In this document: positions 31,548 through 40,605 of the stretch, one piece after another
Layout of the letters: each line of letters starts with the position of its first letter
Position numbering within the stretch: position 1 is the stretch's first letter
Assembly: GCA_951828235.1 (NCBI GenBank)
Contig: OX639965.1
Location: forward strand, 2,970,129 to 3,034,128
Direction: 5' to 3'
Origin: an uncultured Gammaproteobacteria bacterium
Lineage (GTDB): Bacteria > Pseudomonadota > Gammaproteobacteria > Steroidobacterales > Foliamicaceae
DNA length: 64,000 nt
Translations under genes and position numbers: made by a program
Notes under the pieces: generated by a model
What the model was told of the DNA's origin: nothing
Database searches by the model: none
What the model saw: only the letters and a program-made list of their open reading frames with translations

Positions 31548-32816
31548 TCAACCGCCGCGCCGCTTTGCCTGCACGGCATCCAGTATCGAGATATTTGCTT
31601 CTGTACTTCCCTGCTTCTGTGCCTCGGCGATGACCGCGCTGATCGCCGCCCCGCGGAACATGCGGGGAATCTTCTCAAGCCGTGCCGCCGCTCCCGCCGT
31701 GAACGCAATCCCGTGCCTGTTGCCATTCAGCTTCTCCAGGAACTTCCGGTCAACCTCGGCGGCGTACTCGTCTTCCGGATCCGCTGCGCCATTGCCCGAT
31801 TCGGTAGCCGCGCCGTTTCCTTGCGCCGGCTCCTCGCCGTCAACGTGGTAAGTCAATTCAGGCTTGTTGACGAACAGGTCCTCCACGCGGATGAAGTCGG
31901 CGTTCCTGTCGTATGGAAGGCGCGGCTCATTGTCCGGATCCAGCGACGGGCGCCGGTCGTCAACGATGGCGATGCGGTGCATCAGCCGGAACGCCGGCGT
32001 GAAATCGTTGATCCCGCGGTGCTGCGTGCAGCGGTTATCCCAGATCGCCACCGAGTTGTCGCGCCAGAAGAAACGGCACTCGTGCTCCGGCTGGTAGCTG
32101 TGTTCCAGCAACATTTCCAGCAATGCGTCGCTTTCCTCCTTGTTCAGTTCCAGGAAGCGCGAGGTCAACATCTCATTCACGTACAAGCACTTCCTGCCCG
32201 TTTCGGGATGCGTGCGAATCACGGGATGAACGACCGGCGGGTTGCGCTTCATCATGTCCTCGTAAGCCTTCGCTCCGCCGCCCTCGAGTATTCCCTGCCC
32301 GAAGTTCTTGGAGAGCGTGTGCTCCGCGGTCAATCCCTCCAGGAAAGTCTTCATGGGCCCGGACAGGCTCGCGTATGCCTTTTCCATGTCGCACCAGATC
32401 GTGTTCCCGCCGCCGATCGGCATCGTCAGCCCGCGCAGGATGGACATGCGCGAGGGATAGTCGCGGTAGGAATCATCCGAGTGGTAGTTCACGTCGCCGC
32501 CGATGGTCTGGTACTCGTCCATGCGCTGCAGGCGGATCATCGGGTAACCCTCCACCTGCGGAATCGAGCCCGGCCCTTGCGGCATGCCGAACTTGCGGGC
32601 CAGCCGCAGGTGCTGTTCGTCGGTCATCTCCTGATCACGCAGGAACAGGACCTTGAATTCCAGGAGGGCCGCGTAGATTTCGTTGATGACGTCCCGGGAA
32701 AGGTCATCAGCCAGGTCGACGCCGCTGATCATCGCGCCCAGCGCCCCCGACAGCGGCTCCGCTTCAAGGTGCCTGTAACTCGGCAGTTCGCGTTGCGAGG
32801 TAAAAAGATATGACAT
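31548..32816 (-). CDS. TauD/TfdA-family Fe(II)/2-oxoglutarate dioxygenase with ~120-aa C-terminal extension ending in a PCP_red-like domain
   Basis: Start at MSYLFTSQ (ATG 32816). HSD facial-triad region NYHSDDSY, and WDNRCTQHRG. The C-terminal segment AFTAGAAARLEKIPRMFRGAAISAVIAEAQKQGSTEANISILDAVQAKR resembles the protochlorophyllide reductase B C-terminal domain (PF08369). Confidence 0.8.
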   Translation of the reverse strand: MSYLFTSQRELPSYRHLEAEPLSGALGAMISGVDLADDLSRDVINEIYAALLEFKVLFLRDQEMTDEQHLRLARKFGMPQGPGSIPQVEGYPMIRLQRMDEYQTIGGDVNYHSDDSYRDYPSRMSILRGLTMPIGGGNTIWCDMEKAYASLSGPMKTFLEGLTAEHTLSKNFGQGILEGGGAKAYEDMMKRNPPVVHPVIRTHPETGRKCLYVNEMLTSRFLELNKEESDALLEMLLEHSYQPEHECRFFWRDNSVAIWDNRCTQHRGINDFTPAFRLMHRIAIVDDRRPSLDPDNEPRLPYDRNADFIRVEDLFVNKPELTYHVDGEEPAQGNGAATESGNGAADPEDEYAAEVDRKFLEKLNGNRHGIAFTAGAAARLEKIPRMFRGAAISAVIAEAQKQGSTEANISILDAVQAKRRGG

Positions 32817-32936
32817 AGGAACTCCCCCAATGCCCGCGCTTCCGACATACTTTAACCTGCCCCCCTCCCCCGGGAAAGATGGCGTACCGCCCTCCAAAGG
32901 CAATCCCATTCGAAACCATCATGCTATCGTCGCGGT

Positions 32937-33461
32937 ATGCCCCAGACCGGCAAAAGGCGCCTGTTCCTTGCACTGTGGCCCGACGACCAACTGCTCACCC
33001 GCATTGTCCGCGCTACCCGCGCCGAGGTGAGGGGGACGGGAGGCAAGCCGACGCCCCCGGAAAACCTGCACATGACGCTGCACTTCTTCGGGGCGACTCC
33101 CGACGAACTCATTGCGCCCCTGATCGAGCGGGTTGCAGCATTGCCGTTGGATCCGTTTGAGCTGACCCTTGACCAGTACGGCTACTGGCAGCGCGCAAGG
33201 ACCTTGTGGCTGGGGGTGCATGAAACGCCTCCCGCGCTGGCGGAACTTGCCCGCGACCTCAGCCAGATTTCGCACGAACTGGGACTGCCTCGTAACCGGC
33301 GCGTCTTCATCCCGCACATGACCCTGGCGCGCAAGGTCAGCCGCCTCACGCCCAGGGAACCGCCCCCACCCATGCATTGGCCGGTAAACGAGTTCGTGCT
33401 GGTGGATTCGACGCTGGGAGGCCTCCACTCCCGCTACACCATCCTGGAGCACTTCGGCTGA
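32937..33461 (+). CDS. thpR: RNA 2',3'-cyclic phosphodiesterase (2H phosphoesterase, LigT/ThpR)
   Basis: 174 aa. Two HxT motifs (HMTLHFFG and HMTLAR) with the correct spacing. Confidence 0.85.
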   Translation: MPQTGKRRLFLALWPDDQLLTRIVRATRAEVRGTGGKPTPPENLHMTLHFFGATPDELIAPLIERVAALPLDPFELTLDQYGYWQRARTLWLGVHETPPALAELARDLSQISHELGLPRNRRVFIPHMTLARKVSRLTPREPPPPMHWPVNEFVLVDSTLGGLHSRYTILEHFG

Positions 33462-33518
33462 CCTGCCTTGCCGCCCCTTTCCCTTGCCCCAGGATTTTCT
33501 ATTAGCTATGATAGATGA

Positions 33519-33770
33519 ATGTATGACATTGCTTATAGCAAGTCAGCAACCAACTTCCTCAAGAAGGTCCCAACAAAGGAGCAAAGGCGAATTCGCACAG
33601 CAATTACCGGCTACGCGAAGCGGCCAAAGGTTCACTCGCACCAGGTCAGGAAGCTGAAAAGCCGCAACGGCCATCGGCTGCGAGTCGGAAGGTGGCGGGC
33701 GATTTTCGATCTGGACGGCAAGACAATGCGGATACTCGATATTGGCCCGCGAGGGAGCATTTATTCCTAG
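33519..33770 (+). CDS. RelE/StbE(ParE)-family type II toxin
   Basis: 83 aa. Y..S..A...L.K...... then ..KLK...GHRLRVGRWRAIFDLDGKTMRILDIGPRGSIY is typical of RelE/StbE. Lower-GC segment. Confidence 0.8.
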   Translation: MYDIAYSKSATNFLKKVPTKEQRRIRTAITGYAKRPKVHSHQVRKLKSRNGHRLRVGRWRAIFDLDGKTMRILDIGPRGSIYS

Positions 33771-33782
33771 GAGATAACTGTT

Positions 33783-34157
33783 ATGACCGATCCGCAAATC
33801 ATTAGCACACCGGCCGGCGAACAGATGGCGGTCTTACCATTGGAGGAATACCGTCACCTTCTTCGAAGCGCCGAAGAACTGACGGATATCCGTGCGTATG
33901 ACAAGGCTATAGAACGACTTGCCAGAGGGCAGGACGAGATGATTCCTTCAACTTTCGCTGACCGTATTCTTGATGGCGAAAGCGCCGTTCGGGTCTGGCG
34001 TGAGTATCGCAATTTGAGCGTTAAGGAATTAGCCCGCAGAGCAAATATCAGTGCTTCCTATCTCTCGCAGATCGAGGGCGGCAGCCGGGCTGGCTCCCTG
34101 CCCACTATGAAGGCCTTGGCGCAGGCGCTGAATCTGGAACTTACAGACCTGACCTGA
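33783..34157 (+). CDS. Antitoxin with C-terminal XRE-family HTH domain
   Basis: 124 aa, 12 nt downstream of the toxin gene. HTH LSVKELARRANISASYLSQIEGG. The N-terminal ~45 aa look like a Phd/YefM-style partner-binding region. Confidence 0.75.
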   Translation: MTDPQIISTPAGEQMAVLPLEEYRHLLRSAEELTDIRAYDKAIERLARGQDEMIPSTFADRILDGESAVRVWREYRNLSVKELARRANISASYLSQIEGGSRAGSLPTMKALAQALNLELTDLT

Positions 34158-34229
34158 AAAAACCTCGGACAGGGTGCGCATTGACTCTCCGAAGCGCGCA
34201 GCCCGAAAGCCTAGGCCACGGTCGTCCCT

Positions 34230-35147
34230 CTAGTTCTCGAACGGAGTCAGGTCCACGGTGAGCAGCTCCGGATTGTCCCGCTGGATGCGGGTGTGGTACT
34301 CGGCCGGCAACTGATGCACGCCATCGAGCTTCTTGCCGCTCCAGATGGCGAACATGTGCCCCGGGATTTCGCCCATCTCCAGCCAGCGGGGGTACGGAAA
34401 GACGTAGCCGCCGGCGGTTCCCATGGGCAACCGTGTGATCGACAGGTCCTCGAACAGGGACTGCGCCGTCCAGTTGTGCGACGTTTCGATGAACGGCGTC
34501 AGCCAGTTGTCCGGCGGCACGCGGATCTGTTCCGCCTTCACGATGTCGTCTTCGATGCGGAAGACCGTGTTGGTGGGCGTGTAGGAGTCGCCTTCCCGGT
34601 CCAGCGGATGCTTGCCTTCGGGCGAATACAGCATGCCCGGGTCGTCGGTGAGGATTGTTGGATCCACCCTGACGGTCTTGCCGGTTACGGGATTGTGAAC
34701 ACGTTCAATGAACTCACCCGTCACCGGGTGGCGCGGATACGAGGTGTTGTGGCCGTGCACGCGGTAAACGTGCGTGTCGATCCTCTTATGGCGTGAATAC
34801 TCTATGCCTTCGTACCGAACCACCGGCTCGACGCGCCGGCCCTCGGCGACGATGAACATGGTGAAGTGATACCAGAGCAGCACATCCGCTTCGTCGGCGA
34901 GATCGCGGTAAATGCGAAACTCGGCGGTCATCTTGTCCAGCGGGTCGTCAAAGGTGAAGAATTCCGATCGCACCCTCCCTTCCGAGGGCGGCAAATGCGT
35001 GGTTTCCGGGTGGGCGGCCGCGTTTGCCGAGCAAAACGGCGTGAACGCCGATGCGGCCGCCGCGGCGACCGGCAGCACAAGCGCGTCGCGCCGCGAAACC
35101 GACAGCGCCTCGCCGCCGCCAAAAGCCCGTTTCATGATGTCGAGCAT
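34230..35147 (-). CDS. Secreted hypothetical protein (possibly DUF1838 family), Tat-like signal
   Basis: 305 aa. N-terminus ...VSRRDALVLPVAAAAASAFTPFCSANAAA. No catalytic motif recognised. The family assignment is from memory only. Confidence 0.55.
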   Translation of the reverse strand: MLDIMKRAFGGGEALSVSRRDALVLPVAAAAASAFTPFCSANAAAHPETTHLPPSEGRVRSEFFTFDDPLDKMTAEFRIYRDLADEADVLLWYHFTMFIVAEGRRVEPVVRYEGIEYSRHKRIDTHVYRVHGHNTSYPRHPVTGEFIERVHNPVTGKTVRVDPTILTDDPGMLYSPEGKHPLDREGDSYTPTNTVFRIEDDIVKAEQIRVPPDNWLTPFIETSHNWTAQSLFEDLSITRLPMGTAGGYVFPYPRWLEMGEIPGHMFAIWSGKKLDGVHQLPAEYHTRIQRDNPELLTVDLTPFEN

Positions 35148-35198
35148 GTCCCCTCCCGTTAGTCCTCAGGCGCGATGTGAAACAGAATTCGCCGGCGA

Positions 35199-35870
35199 CT
35201 AGCGCCGGAACCAGAAGTAGGCAATAGAGATTTCCGGACCGACACCCCTGCAGAACTCGCCCCTGTTGTCACAGGTTTCGCCCTTGCAGGTACGGCACAC
35301 ACGCGATTCCTTGCGCTCGAACCGCTCAACCGACGAAAACTCCGGCGCCAGGAAGGCGATCAACTGTTCCTTGCTGGAACGCCTGGGTCCCTTGAAAAGC
35401 CGGTCGTGGTCGCCGCGGCTTTCCCAGTGGACCAGTATGAAATCACCGTCCTCCTTAAGCCAGCGAAGAACACGGCTCTTGTATTCCAGCAGATTCTCCC
35501 TGGGCAGGTTGTGCATGAGGCCGGAATCCACCACCAGATCGAACTGCTGGCCGGGTTCCCACTCCAGCACGTCGGTGAGTATGTATTCCACGGCCACGGC
35601 TTCCTGTTCGGCCAGTGCAGTGGACATGGCGATCGCCTTCTCCATGAAGTCGATGCCCTTGACCGTCCAGCCAAGCTTCGCCAGGGCCACGGTATCGACG
35701 CCGGAACCGCTCCCCAGATCGACGGCGGCGCCGGGCTCCTTGCGCGACTCATGGACCAGAGGAATGAAACGCGTGGGTTCGGCATGGTGCCAGGCCAGCC
35801 CCTCCCTGCCCTTCGCCTCCTTGTAGTAGCCCTCAAACCTGGCTTTCTGGTTCATGGCATGCGCTCCCAA
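35199..35870 (-). CDS. Class I SAM-dependent methyltransferase (TPMT/TehB-like) with Cys-rich C-terminus
   Basis: 223 aa (start may be MNQKARF at 35855). [15 protein letters not shown] motif. C-terminal [18 protein letters not shown]. Confidence 0.75.
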   Translation of the reverse strand: MGAHAMNQKARFEGYYKEAKGREGLAWHHAEPTRFIPLVHESRKEPGAAVDLGSGSGVDTVALAKLGWTVKGIDFMEKAIAMSTALAEQEAVAVEYILTDVLEWEPGQQFDLVVDSGLMHNLPRENLLEYKSRVLRWLKEDGDFILVHWESRGDHDRLFKGPRRSSKEQLIAFLAPEFSSVERFERKESRVCRTCKGETCDNRGEFCRGVGPEISIAYFWFRR

Positions 35871-36081
35871 GACCTGGTTGACAACAGCTTGTACCGCGCC
35901 CCGACCAAGATCAGAAATGCGAGCATAAGTGCCTATTAAATGGCACTTTCCCCACGACCGAACTTCCTTATTCCAACAATTTATCCAACGCCACCCACAA
36001 TGCGTGAAGTTGGTTCATAGCCGAGACATAGAACTCAGTATAAGGGGCTTTGCTCTGGTCGAGCGCAGCATCCTTTCCGAG

Positions 36082-36327
36082 GTTCCGGGCGAGCAGGACC
36101 TGGGCGACCGCGTGGCGCAGCCATCGGCAGCCGCTACCGGACAGGTTCTCGGTGCTGAGTACCTCCTGCAGGTCGTTATCACCGACTACGAGACAGGCAC
36201 CAAAGAGGCGGGAGGCGGCGCCATTGGCGCGCTGCTCAAAGTCCCTCTGATCGGCGGAGTGGGCATCAAGAAGGAAGGAAGCCAAAAGCAAGTGGTGCGG
36301 TCGCCCGCTCCCAAGGAAAGCGGATGA
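36082..36327 (+). pseudogene. Possible CsgG-family lipoprotein gene remnant (very tentative)
   Basis: Translation ...TGQVLGAEYLLQVVITDYETGTKEAGGGAIGALLKVPLIGGVGIKKEG resembles the central CsgG/COG1462 segment. There is no signal peptide or full-length frame, and a 107-aa ORF on the opposite strand (35968-36291) is equally open. Confidence 0.25.
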
Positions 36328-36644
36328 AGAAGACTCACCATCGCGGGCGACCGCACCGGAGGCATTCAGTCCATCAAGATCACAATCCTGGACACATGGC
36401 CCGGCACATAATCGCGCATTAGTTCGTCATCCTGAAATCTGAATTTTTCGGGACAAGTGTGTCCCCTACCAAGGGGTTGCCGGTGCAATCAGCATATGGA
36501 AAATTTGCGATTGGCTTGAAGCGGCGGGAGTGGTTGCGACGTTTTGCATTCTGCGCGGCGAGCTTCCTTCCAGACGAGCACGGTCTGATGTTAGCGGCTC
36601 CAGAGGCGAACGGCTATACTCACCGTTTTCCAGTTAACGAAACG

Positions 36645-38918
36645 ATGGAACGCCGTGTGAATCCCCAGTCGAATGAAGTGGAGGCGACGCCCGGACCCCA
36701 GTTCCCCTCCGCTCTCCCCGAACCCAATCTGCGCGAGGTTCTTCGCCTGCTTTGGCGGCGCAAGATGCTGATTGCATCGACGATCCTTCTGACCATGCTT
36801 GTCTCCGCCCTGATCGTATTTCAGCTCACCCCGCTGTACACCGCCGAGACGCAGATTCTCATCGGAACCCGCGCATCTAACGTGGTGGACATCGAGAGCG
36901 TGCTCGAAGCATTGCGGCCGGATCGCACGACACTCCAGAGCGAGGCGGAGGTGCTCGCCTCCAGGTCGCTGGCGGAACAGGTTGTGGACAAGCTCGAACT
37001 GATAGACAACCCCGAGTTCAACCGGCTCCTGCGCCCGCCTTCGTTGCGCAACCCGCTCCAGTGGCTTCCCCCATCGCTGCGCTCGGCGCTTTTCGGCGCC
37101 GACCCGGCGGCCCCCACCACCCCGCAAGAAGCGGAACGCCGGACCCGTAACGATGTCGTCACCGCATTGCAGGAGGCCATCGCCGTGGATCTGGTCAGGA
37201 TATCCCGGGTCGCCGCCGTTGCCGTGACATCCGAGGATCCCCATCTTGCCGCGGCGATCGCAAACACACTGGCCGAAGTCTATTTGCAGGAACAAATCCG
37301 GCAAAAACTCGACGCAGGCGACCAGGCGGCCGTCTATCTGACCGAACGGGTGGAGACGATTCGAAACCAGGTCGAACAGTCGGACAGGGCGGTCGAGGAC
37401 TATCGCCAGCAACAGGGCCTGACCGAAGCAAGGGACACCACCCTGATCGAGCAGCAGATATCGGAGGTCAATACGCTGTTGATCGCCGCGCAGGCGCGGA
37501 CTGCCGAAGCGGACGCCTCGTTGCGGCAGGCCCGTGCGCAGATGCGGGCAGAGGGGGACATTTACGCCGTTCCCGAAGTGCTGGCCGCGCCGCTGATTCA
37601 GAATCTCAGAATGCAGGAGGCCGGACTGGCCGGCGAAGCCGCGCAAATGGCGTCCGAATACGGCCCGCGGCATCCGCAGCTAATCAACGTCACGGCGGAA
37701 CTGGCGGATATCCGGAGCAAGATCTCCGTGGAGGTGGACCGCATCGTGCTGGGCCTGCAGAACAGCCTTGAGGTCGCGCAGACGCGGGAGCGCGCGCTGG
37801 TGCAGAGTCTGGACGACCTCAAGGCGGAGGCCGCGCAGCTTACCGCCTCGCAGGCCCGGCTGCGGATACTGGAACGCGAGGCGGAAGCGAACCGGACCCT
37901 GTTCGACGTGTTTCTCTCGCGATACAACGAAACGGGACAGCGGGAGGAGCTCCAGAGCGCGGACGCGCGGGTGATTTCGCGGGCCACGGTGCCAGGCGAG
38001 CCCTCCTGGCCGAACTTCCGGGCTGCGTTGGGGATCGCGTTGGTGGTTTCCCTTCTGCTGTCGCTATTACTGGTATTCCTGATCGAGCAGGTGTTCGACC
38101 GCGGATTTCGGCATACCGAGCAGATCGAGAACCTGTTGAACGCCGGAACGCTTGGCGTCGTTCCGATGCTGACCGAATCCGAAGAGTCGCTGCCCAACTA
38201 CGTGCTGGACAAGCCCGTCTCCGCCTTCGCCGAATCCCTGCGCATGCTCCACACCGGTCTGCTGCTGACCGATACCGAAGACACCCCGCCGGTCTCCGTC
38301 CTGATCACGTCCTCGGTTCCGGAGGAGGGCAAGACGTTCATAGCGCTTGCCTGGGCGCGACAGGTCGCCCGCAGCGGCCGAAAGGTTCTGCTTGTCGATG
38401 CGGACCTGCGCCACGGCCAGATCGGCAAACGACTTGGAATGTCCGACAAGCGCGGGCTCCTCCAGCTGCTGACCGGGCATATTGAGTCGGCTGAAGAAGC
38501 CATTCAGCACGATGAACGATCAGGTCTGGACGTACTGACGGCGGGCCGCACGGTCGAGGTGCCCACGGACATTCTCCGCTCGCGCTCAATGTCGGAACTG
38601 ATGGCCACGCTCAAGTCCTCCTACGAACTGATCATCGTCGATTCGCCACCGTCGCTGCTGGTGTCCGACTCGCGGACACTGGCCAGGTTGCTGGACAAGA
38701 CGGTGTTCGTCGTGCGTTGGGCGGACACGGTGCGCAAGGTTGCTGCGAACGCATACAAGCAGCTTCTGGAGTCCGAGGCGCAAATGGCCGGCGTCGTGCT
38801 GAGCATGGCGCTGGTCAAGCGGCGCGGGAAGTACGGATACGGATACGGATACGGATACGGGTACGGGTACGGATACGGCAGATTGTCGTCCAAGTACGAG
38901 CGGTATTACACCCGGTAG
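36645..38918 (+). CDS. wzc: Polysaccharide co-polymerase / tyrosine autokinase (Wzc/GumC/EpsG-type, PCP-2a)
   Basis: ORF open from GTG 36459; ATG 36645 (MERRVNPQ) preferred. Wzz domain with TM helix, long coiled-coil periplasmic region, second TM helix, Walker A SSVPEEGKT, Walker B IIVDSPP, and a C-terminal Tyr cluster KYGYGYGYGYGYGYGRLSSKYERYYTR. Confidence 0.85.
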   Translation: MERRVNPQSNEVEATPGPQFPSALPEPNLREVLRLLWRRKMLIASTILLTMLVSALIVFQLTPLYTAETQILIGTRASNVVDIESVLEALRPDRTTLQSEAEVLASRSLAEQVVDKLELIDNPEFNRLLRPPSLRNPLQWLPPSLRSALFGADPAAPTTPQEAERRTRNDVVTALQEAIAVDLVRISRVAAVAVTSEDPHLAAAIANTLAEVYLQEQIRQKLDAGDQAAVYLTERVETIRNQVEQSDRAVEDYRQQQGLTEARDTTLIEQQISEVNTLLIAAQARTAEADASLRQARAQMRAEGDIYAVPEVLAAPLIQNLRMQEAGLAGEAAQMASEYGPRHPQLINVTAELADIRSKISVEVDRIVLGLQNSLEVAQTRERALVQSLDDLKAEAAQLTASQARLRILEREAEANRTLFDVFLSRYNETGQREELQSADARVISRATVPGEPSWPNFRAALGIALVVSLLLSLLLVFLIEQVFDRGFRHTEQIENLLNAGTLGVVPMLTESEESLPNYVLDKPVSAFAESLRMLHTGLLLTDTEDTPPVSVLITSSVPEEGKTFIALAWARQVARSGRKVLLVDADLRHGQIGKRLGMSDKRGLLQLLTGHIESAEEAIQHDERSGLDVLTAGRTVEVPTDILRSRSMSELMATLKSSYELIIVDSPPSLLVSDSRTLARLLDKTVFVVRWADTVRKVAANAYKQLLESEAQMAGVVLSMALVKRRGKYGYGYGYGYGYGYGYGRLSSKYERYYTR
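38832..38879. repeat. Hexanucleotide microsatellite (TACGGR)x8 encoding the (YG)n tail of Wzc
   Basis: tacgga x4, tacggg x2, tacgga, tacggc read directly in the sequence. Confidence 0.9.
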
Positions 38919-38920
38919 CC

Positions 38921-39583
38921 GTGTTCCGATTCATCCCGACCGCCCGGCTGTCGTTGCGCGTGCTGATCGGCATGGCGGCGGGGGGGGTTGGCGCGGGCAT
39001 GTCCGTCGCCGCGTTGCCGCTCGCGGTGGCGAGCCTGATTGAAGCCTCCGGCAATTCGGTCCTGAGGCAGATCCAGGACCAGGGCGCGGTGGAGGCGCCC
39101 GCCCTGCGCGAATTCATCCGCTCGCGCGAGGCCGCCGCGCAGTGGCGCCGCTCCGCCCGCGCCTATACCGACCTAGCCCTGGGCCGCGTGCTGCTCACCG
39201 AATACGAAGACGCCTCGCGCCGCCGGGAGAATCTGGCGCTCGCGGAAAAAGCGCTGGCCAGGGGGCTCGGTCTGGCGCCCATGGACCCGTACGGCTGGAT
39301 GCGCCTCGTGCAGGTACGCACCATGCGCGGCGCGAGCGCGGCGGAGATCGCTCCGCCGCTCCGGCTGGCGTTGCGCAGCGGGCCGCACGAGGACCGGCGC
39401 GACGCCATGCTGCTGCTGACTCTCGAGGCCGGCCTGCGGGCATGGGGCGATCTGGACGGCTCCCAGCGCCGGCTGATCGCGGACAAGGCGCGGGAAGCCT
39501 GGCGTCGCAATGCGCGCGCCGCCGCGGCGGCGGCCGTCCGGGCGGGGGAGACGGAACGGCTGGCCAGCCTGCTCGGCTTCTGA
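38921..39583 (+). CDS. Hypothetical membrane-anchored protein in the EPS locus
   Basis: GTG at 38921 lies 3 nt after the wzc stop. N-terminal hydrophobic segment, then an Ala/Arg/Leu-rich helical (TPR-like?) region. No family recognised. The listed ORF upstream of 38921 overlaps wzc out of frame. Confidence 0.5.
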   Translation: MFRFIPTARLSLRVLIGMAAGGVGAGMSVAALPLAVASLIEASGNSVLRQIQDQGAVEAPALREFIRSREAAAQWRRSARAYTDLALGRVLLTEYEDASRRRENLALAEKALARGLGLAPMDPYGWMRLVQVRTMRGASAAEIAPPLRLALRSGPHEDRRDAMLLLTLEAGLRAWGDLDGSQRRLIADKAREAWRRNARAAAAAAVRAGETERLASLLGF

Positions 39584-39584
39584 C

Positions 39585-40601
39585 TTGAAGGTGCTCTTCC
39601 TGCAGCCCGCCGCGCATGTCGCCGCGATGGGAGTGGACATCAATCGGTTACGCCATACCGCCCGTTTCGGCGTCGTGAACCTTGCATCGCTGCCGCGCAA
39701 GCTCCGCGCCACCGGCGCCGTGGTCAACTGCATCGACACCAGCGCCACCGCGCGGCGGATCCTTGAATTGGCCGCCGGCCATGGCGTCCCGCGCATCTAT
39801 CTGTTCGACGGTATCTACGACGTGGCCAACGCCTACTACAATCCCGCGCACCGCGGGCTGGGCCAGATGGACCCCCTGCTCTATACGCACGTCGCGTGCG
39901 TGGACCGATGGTCCCACAGGGCGTTTGCCGCGCTGGGCGCGCACACTCACGCCTGGCTTCCGCCCCACGCCGAGCCGGATGACGGTCCGGACCCCGCGCA
40001 CGGCGCCGAGGCGGCCTTCCTCGTGGCAACCGCCCGAAGTCCCGCGTTTGACGCCGGGGAACGCGGAAGGCTGAGGAAGCTGCTCGCGCTGACGATCGCC
40101 GCCCTCGACCGCCTCGGCGCCGAATACCGCTTTCGGACCGGCGACACGGACCTGCTGACCTCGCTCGGAGTGCCCGCGCGCCGCAACGACGCGCGCGATT
40201 CCTTCGCCCGCTGCATCCGCCGCTACAAGTGTCTGATCACGACCCCTTCCACCGTTGCAACGACGGCAATGCTGACCGGGAAACCGACCGCCATCCTAGA
40301 CTACCGGGACGGCCCGCTGACGCAGCAGGCGGGGTGGCGCATTCACCGCTCCACGGATATCGACGCCACTCTGGCGTCCATGCTTGAGCCATCTCCGGAG
40401 CGGATGACGTTTCAGGCGCGCGAAGTCGCTCATCTGACCGGCCGCACGCCGGTCGAGGATTTCATCCTGCGCGCCGCCACTGGACCGCCGCCAGGCCAGC
40501 CGCCTGCGGACCCGCCTGCAAAGGGACGGCGCATCAGTATCGAGTACCCCTTGCGATGGATTTACGTGAACTGGCTGAAGCCGTTCAGGAAGGGGTTTTA
40601 G
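39585..40601 (+). CDS. Hypothetical protein in the EPS locus (Rossmann-like N-terminus; function unknown)
   Basis: TTG at 39585 (LKVLFLQPAAH...) lies 2 nt after the upstream stop. ~338 aa, no motif I can assign. Confidence 0.5.
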   Translation: MKVLFLQPAAHVAAMGVDINRLRHTARFGVVNLASLPRKLRATGAVVNCIDTSATARRILELAAGHGVPRIYLFDGIYDVANAYYNPAHRGLGQMDPLLYTHVACVDRWSHRAFAALGAHTHAWLPPHAEPDDGPDPAHGAEAAFLVATARSPAFDAGERGRLRKLLALTIAALDRLGAEYRFRTGDTDLLTSLGVPARRNDARDSFARCIRRYKCLITTPSTVATTAMLTGKPTAILDYRDGPLTQQAGWRIHRSTDIDATLASMLEPSPERMTFQAREVAHLTGRTPVEDFILRAATGPPPGQPPADPPAKGRRISIEYPLRWIYVNWLKPFRKGF

Positions 40602-40605
40602 GACG

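Noticed and set aside
28514-38879. Tandem repeats (21-bp units at 28514-28597; 6-bp units at 38832-38879) considered as a possible CRISPR or minisatellite array.
   Set aside because: There are no spacers or repeat-spacer periodicity. Both lie within ORFs and are in-frame coding repeats (heptads and YG dipeptides). No cas genes are in the window.
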